Below, one piece after another: positions 1-10,100 of a stretch of 64,000 nucleotides of DNA. A program made the translations under genes and the position numbers. How positions within the stretch are numbered: the first letter of the stretch is position 1; each line of letters begins with the position of its first letter. The notes below the pieces were generated by a model. That model was given only the letters and a program-made list of their open reading frames with translations. It ran no database searches and was not told the origin of the DNA. This DNA is from Epithemia pelagica (Eukaryota > Protista > Bacillariophyta). The stretch is taken from positions 3,100,001 through 3,164,000 of the forward strand of contig OX337231.1 of the NCBI GenBank assembly GCA_946965045.2. The letters run 5' to 3'.

Positions 1-109
1 CATTTCTTCTAGCTTTTTCTGCTGGGGCGGACAATACACCCCAGAAGAACAAGAGGTCCAACGAGAAATTTCTTTCACTGGAAGTGCCATTGAAAAGCTA
101 CGTCAATCG

Positions 110-3100
110 GTGGACGAGCATGACATGGCAAAGAGCAAAAGCTTTGTCGCCGCTGAGGACGTTGCATCGAACGAGGAACCCGTTGAAAAAGTTCAAGATA
201 ACATGGATGTTGATGAGTCCAACTCAAAAACTGATGAAGAGGTTGTATCGAAGCCTTCAGCTGGTGGAAACGATGGCGATGATGCTACTCGTGTCAGTGA
301 TGCGCCCATCGAACCAACTGCATCGAAAACATCACAGGGAGCTCTTGTCATCGAAGAGGATTCAAGTATCAAGGACGTTTCCAAAGCTCAGGGATCATAT
401 TTGCAACCTGCTGGACAGACCTCTTCGTTCTTTTGTTTCGTGGGAGGTACATACGTGGAGGAGCCTGTAGTCGTAGTTCCGGATGATGCGGGCTTCCCCA
501 CGTCTTCTAATGCAGCCTCGATCGTAGAACAGAAAGCTGACGGAGACGTTGGCACAGCTGTTGACACGCTAGGACCCGCCGCATCGAGCACATCAGTGAA
601 TGGACAAAGTGCGCAGATTTCAATCCTTGACCAAACTTCGTTTGAACAACCGATGGCACCAAGCATGTCCATGGGGGAAGAAGAAATCGACGGCGTTCAA
701 GAGCCAGTTGAATCGAACAAGGCAACGACGACTCTTGTATCAGAAAGCAAGACGACCGATTCTGTGGATGTCAAGGCAAACACTGGAGATGATAACGACG
801 ATACGATCGTTGTCAATGATTCCCTTACAGAGGAGAAGGAAGCGCCACCCAAAACAGCCGAATCCTCCGCTAGATCTTCACCACTCACCAGGTTCCTTTG
901 TTTCGCCGGTGCTGAAGAAACTACGGAGGGAATGACCGATGCTGAAGAAACAGGTCAGAAAGACCAAGAAACTGCAGCCACTCAAGTTGACAAGGCAACG
1001 ACGACTCTTGTATCAGAAAGCAAGACGACCGATTCTGTGGATGTCAAGGCAAACACTGGAGATGATAACGACGATACGATCGTTGTTAATGATTCACTTA
1101 CAGAGGACAAGGAAGCGCCACCCAAAACAGCCGAATCCTCCGCTAGATCTTCACCACTCGCCAGGTTCCTTTGTTTCGCCGGTGCTGAAGAAACTACGGA
1201 GGGAATGACCGATGTTGACGAAACAGGTCAGAAAGACAAAGAATTTGCAGCCACTCTAGTTGACAAGGCGGATGACAACGTCACAGCAGATGAACCCATG
1301 GAAATCAAAACGACGAACGAAGAAAACGTGACTACAGAGTCTGCCGCGGTCGTCGAGAGCGAAGCCATGGTCGAGGAAGATACGATTTCCGATGCGGTGG
1401 CATCTCCGGTCGAGGAGAAGCCCACTCCAGAACAACTCGCCAAAACAGCGGCAGCATCGTCATTTTCCACATTCATGTTTTTCGGTGGTGCGGAAGAAGC
1501 TCCTGAAGAAAAGAAATCAAATACTGCCGAAGAAATGGAAGGGGTGGAAGAAACGGATGATAATGCCGTGCCTGAAGCAGAAGAGGACACAGACGCTGCA
1601 GGTGCATCGCTTGAAGAAGATACTATTATTGACCCGGAGAAAACCAACGCCGAAGACAACAAGCCTACGCAAGAGGAAATCCTCAAAGCAGCGGCAAGAT
1701 CGTCACTCTCCCGGTTCTTGTGTTATGCGGGCGCTGAAGAAGACGAGGCCGATGCTGACGCCATGGGAGTCGAGGAGACTTCGGATGAAGTTATGGAAGG
1801 AGGATGTCATAAAGATGAGGAAGCGTCCGCCGAGATGGAGGGAGATGATGGAGTGAATCCTGATGCAGTCGAAAAAGCACGTGGGGACATTAAGGACGCC
1901 ATCGACAGAACACCCGAAAAAGCACCTGCTGGCATAAAAGATGCCGTCGAAAGGGCACGTTCTGGTATCGAAGGTGACGTTGCTCAAGCGGAAGGACAAG
2001 AAGAGAACACCCGCAGCACGGATGCCATAGTGTCTACTGACCGCACCGAGTCGCCTCATACTAAAAACGAATCTTCCGAGGTAGCAAAACTGGACGAAGG
2101 AAAAGCGAAGATTACGGCCGAAGAAAAACCAGAAACAGATGTGCGAACGTCAAAACTAGGCGACAGACCTGAGGAAGTGGAAGATATGATACCTCTTATT
2201 GATTTGGACCCCACGGAGATAGAGGAAGACGAGGTCGACAATCCTGTCGTTAATGTTGCTCCCAGAAAAAAGAAAGTCAATTTGGGTCCGTGGGATCTTC
2301 TCTGCGGTGACTTTGTACAGGAGAGTACGGTAACGGAACGCAAAACACCCACTAAATCCCGGAAGACCGCTGTGGCCCAGGAAAAGAGCCAATCGACCAA
2401 TGCCAAGTCTGTACAGGAACAGGAGACGGTAACGGAACGCAAAACACCCACTAAATCCCGGAAGACCGCTGTGGCCCAGGAAAAGAGCCAATCGACCAAT
2501 ACCAAGTATGTACAGGACAAGTCGGCGAATAATGACAAGCCTACGAAGTCGATAATTGATAAGTTCGAAGTCCAATCGGATATGCAGAAGAACTATTATC
2601 CGGAAGAGGAGAAGAAAGAGTCTGAAGAAGTAGCGGATGTTGTGTCTGTGCACGGAGACGAAGAAGAGGAAAAGAAAATGGATGCAATGAAATTCATCAT
2701 GTCAGTCTCCGAAAAAGTCGCCAAGGATATGCAAGGGAGGGATCACGGAGGACAGAACAAGGTTGTTGATCCAGAAACTGAGTTCCTCCATGCTGTTGCG
2801 TATGAAATCAGGAAAACGGTTGAGGATCCTCTCAATGGAAGACCAGCCAAATCAGTGGAGAACGAAAACGTTGCGCCGGAACTTGCCTATCTATCGTCAG
2901 TTCAGCGTGATCTCGAGAGCTTACTTACATCGAGAATAAATGAAACTGGAAAGGCAACGGAAAGTGAAAAGACTGGTCTGGCCCCTGAGCTGGCAGCGAT
3001 TGCAGAATATGCTTTTGGTCCGGAGGTTGAATATCTTGGAGCGGTAGCCCGTGATATGAAGCGGTCGTTCCTTAACGACATGGGACCTGAAATTGGATTC

Positions 3101-4366
3101 CTTACGTACGCTATCTTGGGACCGACTCCTTCCATGGTTGAAAACCAAAGCGAAGACCATTCTCCCCCCAGCAAAGGATCAAGCGGTACCCCAAAGAAGC
3201 AATCGAGACCTTCTAAGAAGGATGCTGTTCACAAGCAAACATCTGTTGGTCAGACTTCTCATCAGGCAGACGAGACTCCCTCTGATCCTGTGCCAAAGGA
3301 AACAATTACCGCCGCTATTGTTGCTGGGGATATATCCGAAGAAACTGAACTTGTTGCTGTAGACTCTGGGGGTGATTTTCCTTGCCCAGAAAGACTTCTT
3401 GAACCGGGTGCCTCACAGGAACGATTTTCAGAGTCCGCTACAGTTTTGAAATCTGGTGTAAGCTTCTCGAGAGAAATTGTTACTGAGGCTACCGAGGGAG
3501 GTGATGACGGTGCACCTGAGACGGAACTGATTGCAGTTGACTCAGGCGGTGATTTCCCGTACGAGGCAGTTTACTCAAAGAAAGAGGAAAAGTCCGACGA
3601 AGTAGTGGTGGATGACGAAGCAAGTCCTGTGGCTCCTACTTCAGAAATCGTATCTCCGGTTGAAAATACCGAGCCTAAAGAATGCGTGACTTCCATTGAT
3701 TCAGTTGTTGATGAAAGCAAAGACAAGACAGATTCGACCAGTATGGTGCAAGAAAAGACACTAAAGAATCAAGGAAGTTTTTTCAGTTTCTTCGGGGGTA
3801 GCAACGAAGAAGCCTCGGTGAGCCCGGAAACTCCTCAGGAGGTTGATGCAGAGGACAAGAAAGTGGACACAGTGCGTGAGCGCGTTGACAAGACAGAGGC
3901 CGATCGCAATGCGTTGGCCGAAGAACCTGAACAGAAGATTACAACGGAGCGAGTGACGGAGACGCAAGAACAAGAAAAGTCTCGAGGGTTGTATTTGTGT
4001 GACACACATTGCACTTCAACTGCAGTTGACGTTGAGGTCGAGGTCGAAAAGGCCGATGAACCGAAAGCCGAAGATCCGATCATGAAAATGCGAGAGGATG
4101 CCAATGTGAAGTACGAAGACTTTGGTTCTAAGGATCGTAAGGAAGTCCAGAAGTCGGTCGGCAACAAGTCCTCTCAACTGACTGACAAGGCGGTGGAAGA
4201 TCAGAGTGATGAGACAAGAAACCAAGAAATCATTGATGCCATTATTGCCGCAGTTTCGTCCGCCAAGTCGGAGGGCACTGATGAAACAGAAAAATCCGAG
4301 GAAGAAGGTGAAGCAGGTGCTGCCGACAAGGGAGAGACCCCCGTCGTCGTCCATGTATGTAATTGA
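110..4366 (+). CDS. Large acidic, low-complexity (probably disordered) protein of unknown function with internal repeats
   Basis: Uninterrupted 1418-aa ORF, E/D/S/T/K-rich, with recurring F-x-C-F-x-G-(G)-AEE motifs; no family recognised. Confidence 0.8.
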   Translation: MDEHDMAKSKSFVAAEDVASNEEPVEKVQDNMDVDESNSKTDEEVVSKPSAGGNDGDDATRVSDAPIEPTASKTSQGALVIEEDSSIKDVSKAQGSYLQPAGQTSSFFCFVGGTYVEEPVVVVPDDAGFPTSSNAASIVEQKADGDVGTAVDTLGPAASSTSVNGQSAQISILDQTSFEQPMAPSMSMGEEEIDGVQEPVESNKATTTLVSESKTTDSVDVKANTGDDNDDTIVVNDSLTEEKEAPPKTAESSARSSPLTRFLCFAGAEETTEGMTDAEETGQKDQETAATQVDKATTTLVSESKTTDSVDVKANTGDDNDDTIVVNDSLTEDKEAPPKTAESSARSSPLARFLCFAGAEETTEGMTDVDETGQKDKEFAATLVDKADDNVTADEPMEIKTTNEENVTTESAAVVESEAMVEEDTISDAVASPVEEKPTPEQLAKTAAASSFSTFMFFGGAEEAPEEKKSNTAEEMEGVEETDDNAVPEAEEDTDAAGASLEEDTIIDPEKTNAEDNKPTQEEILKAAARSSLSRFLCYAGAEEDEADADAMGVEETSDEVMEGGCHKDEEASAEMEGDDGVNPDAVEKARGDIKDAIDRTPEKAPAGIKDAVERARSGIEGDVAQAEGQEENTRSTDAIVSTDRTESPHTKNESSEVAKLDEGKAKITAEEKPETDVRTSKLGDRPEEVEDMIPLIDLDPTEIEEDEVDNPVVNVAPRKKKVNLGPWDLLCGDFVQESTVTERKTPTKSRKTAVAQEKSQSTNAKSVQEQETVTERKTPTKSRKTAVAQEKSQSTNTKYVQDKSANNDKPTKSIIDKFEVQSDMQKNYYPEEEKKESEEVADVVSVHGDEEEEKKMDAMKFIMSVSEKVAKDMQGRDHGGQNKVVDPETEFLHAVAYEIRKTVEDPLNGRPAKSVENENVAPELAYLSSVQRDLESLLTSRINETGKATESEKTGLAPELAAIAEYAFGPEVEYLGAVARDMKRSFLNDMGPEIGFLTYAILGPTPSMVENQSEDHSPPSKGSSGTPKKQSRPSKKDAVHKQTSVGQTSHQADETPSDPVPKETITAAIVAGDISEETELVAVDSGGDFPCPERLLEPGASQERFSESATVLKSGVSFSREIVTEATEGGDDGAPETELIAVDSGGDFPYEAVYSKKEEKSDEVVVDDEASPVAPTSEIVSPVENTEPKECVTSIDSVVDESKDKTDSTSMVQEKTLKNQGSFFSFFGGSNEEASVSPETPQEVDAEDKKVDTVRERVDKTEADRNALAEEPEQKITTERVTETQEQEKSRGLYLCDTHCTSTAVDVEVEVEKADEPKAEDPIMKMREDANVKYEDFGSKDRKEVQKSVGNKSSQLTDKAVEDQSDETRNQEIIDAIIAAVSSAKSEGTDETEKSEEEGEAGAADKGETPVVVHVCN
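717..1262 (+). repeat. In-frame tandem duplication, 2 x 273 bp (91 aa)
   Basis: KATTTLVSESK...FLCFAGAEETTEGMTD occurs twice at offset 273 (717-989 and 990-1262), near-identical DNA. Confidence 0.95.
2327..2518 (+). repeat. In-frame tandem duplication, about 2 x 99 bp (33 aa)
   Basis: TVTERKTPTKSRKTAVAQEKSQSTN occurs twice at offset 99. Confidence 0.95.
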
Positions 4367-4694
4367 GAGTATTTTTTATGTTCCCTCTCTTTGACAGTGT
4401 AACGATACCTGCTCGTCAAAGAGACCTCCCTGATTCTGAGAAAATTTAAGTACACTTTTAAGTAAAAAGAAAATTCATTATCTCATCGTTGTTGCTAGCG
4501 ACAGCTTGGATCGTTGCACATGTGACATGACCTTTCAAAAGCTCCAATATATTGGAAGGGCGGCCCACTGCGAACACATACCTACCTTTCCGAAAACACG
4601 TGTTCAGAAAACAATAAAATCGTTCATTAGTATGTCATTACAGCACCAAACATCATCATTGCAATGGAGTGAGAAAGAGAGGTACTTGAGCACG

Positions 4695-5780
4695 TCAAGT
4701 TTCCGCCTTGATCTCTGCTGGCGAATCCTCAATAGCTTCTGGTTGAGACTGTGGACTGCTGCAATTTCCATTGAAGATCATATCCGCGTAGTAGTGTGCG
4801 GCGTCCACGCAAGATTTGAGAAACGACAATTCTGGTTCTTCTCGCCCTTCTTCGACTTTGGAAACCTCTAATGAGCTGGGAACAACTGAACCTTCCTTGG
4901 TTTTGTAGTCACCGATGCTAGGCGTTTCTTTGGCATGGAAAGAGTTGCGGCTGTGACATGGCGGATGGGTCAATGGTCCAAGTAGGCTATCAGCGTCGTC
5001 AGTACTACCGTGCATTATCGGTGGAACGAGCTTGCTGTTCGCGATTTCGTAAAACGTATCCCGATCGTAAAAGTCTTTTGGTTTGTACACATGCAGTCTG
5101 CTTCGCTTAATTTCCTCTTTCAACACATCCTCTTTTCTCTTTTTCATATATTCTTCTTTATTCATGTCAATCTTCTTGCATATCTCGTACGCTTTACTGA
5201 TTCCAAGAAACACCGCATCGTCACTTTCCGTCCCATTTGTGTTTTCACCAGCCTCTTCCACCTCTTGTCCTGGTGCGATTGCTTCTTGTCCCTCAAGATC
5301 TTGAGAGGGGTCCTCTTTGGACAGATCTCTATCGTCAAGGTCACTCCGTTCGGAAGGATCATTCTGCTCAGCCGAATCACTGCGCTCGGTCAAATTATTG
5401 TGTTCCCTTGGATCTTTCTGAGCATTCGTATCTTCCTCTTTGGACAGATCTCCATCGTCAAGGTCACTCCGTTCAGAAGGATCACTCTGCTCAGCCGAAT
5501 CACTGCGCTCGGTCAAATCATTGTGTTCCCTTGGATCTTTCTGAGCATTCGTATCTTTAGACTCAGTCGGATCATTCTGTTGAGTCCATGCATCATTGGC
5601 TTTATTCGGATTCACCGCTGTATCAGCCCGATCTTGCGTCAAGGTATTGGACTCGGACTTGGAAGATGCCCCTTCGGCTTTGCCTCCACTTCGAAGTTTC
5701 TTCCAAAACGGTCTCTTCTTCTTCTTCTTTTCGCTTTCACTTACTCCCTGTTGGGAAGATGTCAGTTTAGTTTCTCCCAT
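4695..5780 (-). CDS. Hypothetical hydrophilic protein with polybasic N-terminus and a 41-aa tandem repeat
   Basis: 370-aa ORF (5807-4695); first ATG at 5780 (MGETKL); KKKKKRPFWKKLR near the N-terminus. Confidence 0.7.
   Translation of the reverse strand: MGETKLTSSQQGVSESEKKKKKRPFWKKLRSGGKAEGASSKSESNTLTQDRADTAVNPNKANDAWTQQNDPTESKDTNAQKDPREHNDLTERSDSAEQSDPSERSDLDDGDLSKEEDTNAQKDPREHNNLTERSDSAEQNDPSERSDLDDRDLSKEDPSQDLEGQEAIAPGQEVEEAGENTNGTESDDAVFLGISKAYEICKKIDMNKEEYMKKRKEDVLKEEIKRSRLHVYKPKDFYDRDTFYEIANSKLVPPIMHGSTDDADSLLGPLTHPPCHSRNSFHAKETPSIGDYKTKEGSVVPSSLEVSKVEEGREEPELSFLKSCVDAAHYYADMIFNGNCSSPQSQPEAIEDSPAEIKAET
5312..5557 (-). repeat. Tandem duplication, 2 x 123 bp (41 aa)
   Basis: 5312-5434 and 5435-5557 near-identical (DTNAQKDPREHNxLTERSDSAEQxDPSERSDLDDxDLSKE). 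Confidence 0.95.
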
Positions 5781-7157
5781 GTTCTCGACAGAAGAATAAA
5801 ACAGCAAAATCCTACAAGTACCAACAAAGGATGAGCAGATTACAGAGAAGCGCTCTTTTGCTCGATCAACCGAGGTTTTTGCTCATTCAATCCTTTGGCA
5901 GCTATTTCGTGAACGCCAAAGTTGAACACCACTTTCTGGGACGTGTCTGTGTGAGTTTATAAATCTTTTGTGTGTCTCCAACCGACCGTTCAGAGCTTTG
6001 GTCGACAAAAATGTGTGGTCTGTTCGTCCAAAGTAATTTTTGAGGGCTGTTGTTCGTGTTTTCTCATGAAAATTTGGATCTTCCGGTCAATGAGAGAAAC
6101 TATACCCCTACGAGTCATCTTACGGTAGACTATCTTGTAGGAGTAGTCTACGGACGGATATGCGGCGACAGGGTGCCTATTAGGGGTATTTGTGCACGCA
6201 AGACAAAATCTATCGCGACAGTCAACGTCACGAGGTGCAAACGAACAGTTCACCCATTAAGTATAGAAGCTTGCGACTCGAGAACCAGAGCGAGGCTGTG
6301 TCTCACTTTCAATCTATCGGGATATTGTTTTTCGTTGGATCATCGGAAGTTTGGCGGCATGATCAATGCCATCGTTTGCTCTCAACTTCGTCGAAGCTTC
6401 ATGAAATGGTATGGAGTTCCTGATAGTGAATCGTTCCATAGGAGCTCGAGTAGGAGTAAGGCGACGAAAGAACGTCAATCGTATTGAATGGGGTGTATGG
6501 GGTATGGGTAGTATGGGTAGCAATTTCAAGACAGGCACGAGGCGCGAGTCTTGCGGGGAAGGTTGGAAAGATTCGATGGATTCTGTCACGAGTCAGGATG
6601 GCGTGTCGTGTAGACGCACTTTTTGATACTAGTGTACAACTCCATAACTCCTCGCAGATTTCCCTATCGCTGAAAATTCCCGCGCCAGCCGGTGCGCTCG
6701 CCATAACACAACTCTCACACCGCCGTGTGCGATTGGCGTTTTTGTCGTGTGGGTCAAGTGTCGGCGAACGATTCAATGCTCATTCATTGCTCTCGGTTAT
6801 CGCCAGACGTCTAATCCGGTCAATCGCGGTTGTTGCTTATGGAGAGAGGAGAGACCAATCAATACCATCACCGCAGGAGCAACAGCACAAGCGAACAAGA
6901 ACAGTCACGAAGAGACCAAGTGCATTTCAGTGTCGGCAGTTGACAGTCTGGTTTTGGGGTGATACATTCCGATTGAGGACAACATCATTTCAATCTACCG
7001 ACAGGACATTCCTGGAAACTGGGTGGCATTGTCACACAAAGACGTTGGCATTTGTGGCACCTGCCAAAGAAACTCACAACATTGCATTGAATTCGAAATC
7101 TCTTCCGAAGAGCAGCTTCCGTTGCTGTCGTAGCGCTGTAAAGGAGGGAAAGGAAAG

Positions 7158-10100
7158 ATGAGTTCATTGCGGCGCCTGAATCGGAATCGAGGAGGAGAGG
7201 ACCCTGTCGGTACCAGCACGAATACTTCCAGGAGAAACAACAGCAGTCATCCTCACTATGGTGGAGAAGAGGGACGATGGCAAGACAGCAGCCATTCCGG
7301 TGGAATGGCGAATTCGCCGCGACGAAATACTCTCGTAGACCACCATCGAATGTCCCCTTCGTCCTATGCGTCATCGCCCATTGCATCCTCACCCAGTCAT
7401 CCTCCTCGTCGTCGAGGCAGCAGTCCTCGCATTATTCACAAAAACAATGATGCCAACAAGACGGTTCCCAATCCGTACAATCTCTCGCGAAGTCACAGTG
7501 GATCCAGTCCACGACCGAACAACAACAACCAGAATCACAACTACTCGTTGGAATCACCATCTTCCTCCTCCGTCTCCTCACAAAATGGAAGAAATGCATG
7601 GAACCAATCACCCTCGGCTAATAATAATGCTCATGCACGGACAGTCGCCTGGGAAGCTGATCGAAAGAAATCCTACTATTGGAAACAAAAGCCTCCGCAC
7701 GATTTCGGCGTCCGAAGTGGTAGTACAGCTAGCCCCTCGACCATGACCACGCAGCCACAGTCCACAATCTCCTCTCCTTCATCGAAGTACAGCGGCAGCG
7801 CCGAACCATCGGGAAATTATTTTCGGGAAGGAGGACGATCCGCAGAAGCGGTTGCGCGCATTTTAGAAGCTGTTCGCAGCAGTCAAAGTGGAGATCCGGC
7901 AGAAGATGGTCGCCCTCGTAGACACTATGAAGAAGCAGAAGGAGAAGATGCACCGACAACACGGCAGGATCCCACTCGTCGTCGTCTTGGTCATGTCCAT
8001 GAAGAGGCAGGAGAGGAGAGTGTTGATACAACGGAAGAAGGAGCGTCTGTGTTGGGTATTCTCGTGCCGGGAGGAAAAGGCAGTATTCCTCACAAGAGTA
8101 TTGAAGAACTTTCGGTCATGACTGATTACACGGGAAACAATGGCACATTCTACCCAAACGCTACGGGACGTTCTCCCTTCTCCTCTGTTCGGGGACGTGA
8201 TCCCATGCGCGAGCAACAACAATATCTGCAGCAACAAATACTGCAACAACGGAAACGGAAGCAAAACCAACCCACGTCACGAGTTCCTTCGGTTTATAGT
8301 GGCGAACAATCTTCGCATCATCATCATCAAGCCTCCCACTCGTCCTCGTCATCTGCACAGGAACGGGCATCCCCACCTCTCTCTTTGTTCCAGCACCATC
8401 AGGATATGGCTGATACTACTACAACGACGCATTTGTCGGCAGTTGGTCCTCCATCACGACGATTGTCACCCATGGCGGCAGCAGACCCACCGATGAAAGT
8501 ACCACAGCGAAGGAGTTTTCAACCACGCAGTAGCAAACAACAACCGCTGGAGAGGACTAGTGAGGGAGATGAAATATGTACTGCAAGTGGAAGCTTTAGC
8601 AAGGGCCAAGATCCAGATGCCACCATCCATAATCGTGGTGGCGCTGATGTTGAAGCGTCGACGCCACGTCATCATCATCATCATCAACATCATGCAACGA
8701 CATTGGAGGCGGCGCCATCAACCGGGGGCACACTCGATCCACCAACGGCTTCAGCAGTATCATCATCCTGGAACAATGAGCCAAGTAGGAGCGTAGGCGC
8801 TGAAACGGCCACACCACTTCCACGACAACCGCATCGACAAGAAGTGGAAGGAGAAACCAACCACAACATCCGCCTTTCTCCCTTGGGACGACCGGATGCT
8901 CCGGAAGACTCGCATCATTTCAGTCGCTCCAACTATGGTACCGAATACACACCGGTCAGTCCGCAATCTCAAGCCTTGGAACGATTACCCAGTGTGGACC
9001 CAAATTCTGGCGTTGTTATTTTGGACGACATCTCTGTCAGTCCTACCAGAAAGGTTGTCCCGAAGGAAAAACACGTTGTTCGCCGTTATTCATCCACTCC
9101 CGCCCCTCGGTCTCCTCCTCCTCCTCTTTTGAAGCGAGATCCGTCCATTGTCGAGCAAGACGATATGTCCGGATGTGGTGAATCTGCCATGTCCTATGAG
9201 GAGAGACTAAGCGAAAGACCCTCCAGAGATGATTCGGTATGCTACAACCAGTCCGAGTCCTTTGCGGAGAGTCACATCCAAAATGATGCATCCAGAGACG
9301 ATGAATATCAAGGTTCCGTCCAAGAAGAACAGCAAGAACAAGGCGAAGAAGGCGATTCCGAGTCTGTTTATGAAAAGGCCTCAGTTTCGCCAAGCGCACA
9401 TAGCTCTGTTGTGCAGGACTTTGATGATACCCATCATACCCATCGAAGAAGTGATGAAATGGAATACCGCACGGAATCCGACGCTGTGCCAAGATTCCAT
9501 CACCCAGTTTCTCCAATCCATGCACATGGTTCGAGAGAAGAAAGAATGAGTCAATACTCTGCGGACGAAAACGAAGCCAAAAGCGTGTCGGCATCTGAAT
9601 CAAAACCAAGAAGTCATATTGGTGAAGCCTCCTCAGAAGATCCTAGTCTTATGGGTGCGAGCACTGGGACTGTCGATCTGAATGAATTCATTTTCCCCGA
9701 TAACTCGATTGTTGAGGATGTTTCCGACGATCGGGAGGAGCGACATTTCGATGAAGCAGAATCGCAGCCTGAGCACCTGTCTGTCCAGAGCTCCACATCA
9801 AGAGAAATGGGAATGCCAGGCATATTTTGTTGTGGAAACATTGAAGACGAAAAACACAGAAAAAGAATGAATCACACCTCAGATCAGTCCGAGGTCGAAG
9901 CGTCATCCTCTGACCTTCGCCATTCTATGCCTGGCTCACCTTCGAAAGGTCAATGTGTTCAAGTCTTGGAAACGATTGAAGAGAACGATTCTGAAGAGCC
10001 TGGAACGAAAAACTCGGACAGTTCGTCGACAAATCTGAAAAAGTCCTTCATTCGTGGTGCATCTCTGCTTGTCGAAACTATTGCGAATAACAGTGCAGTG

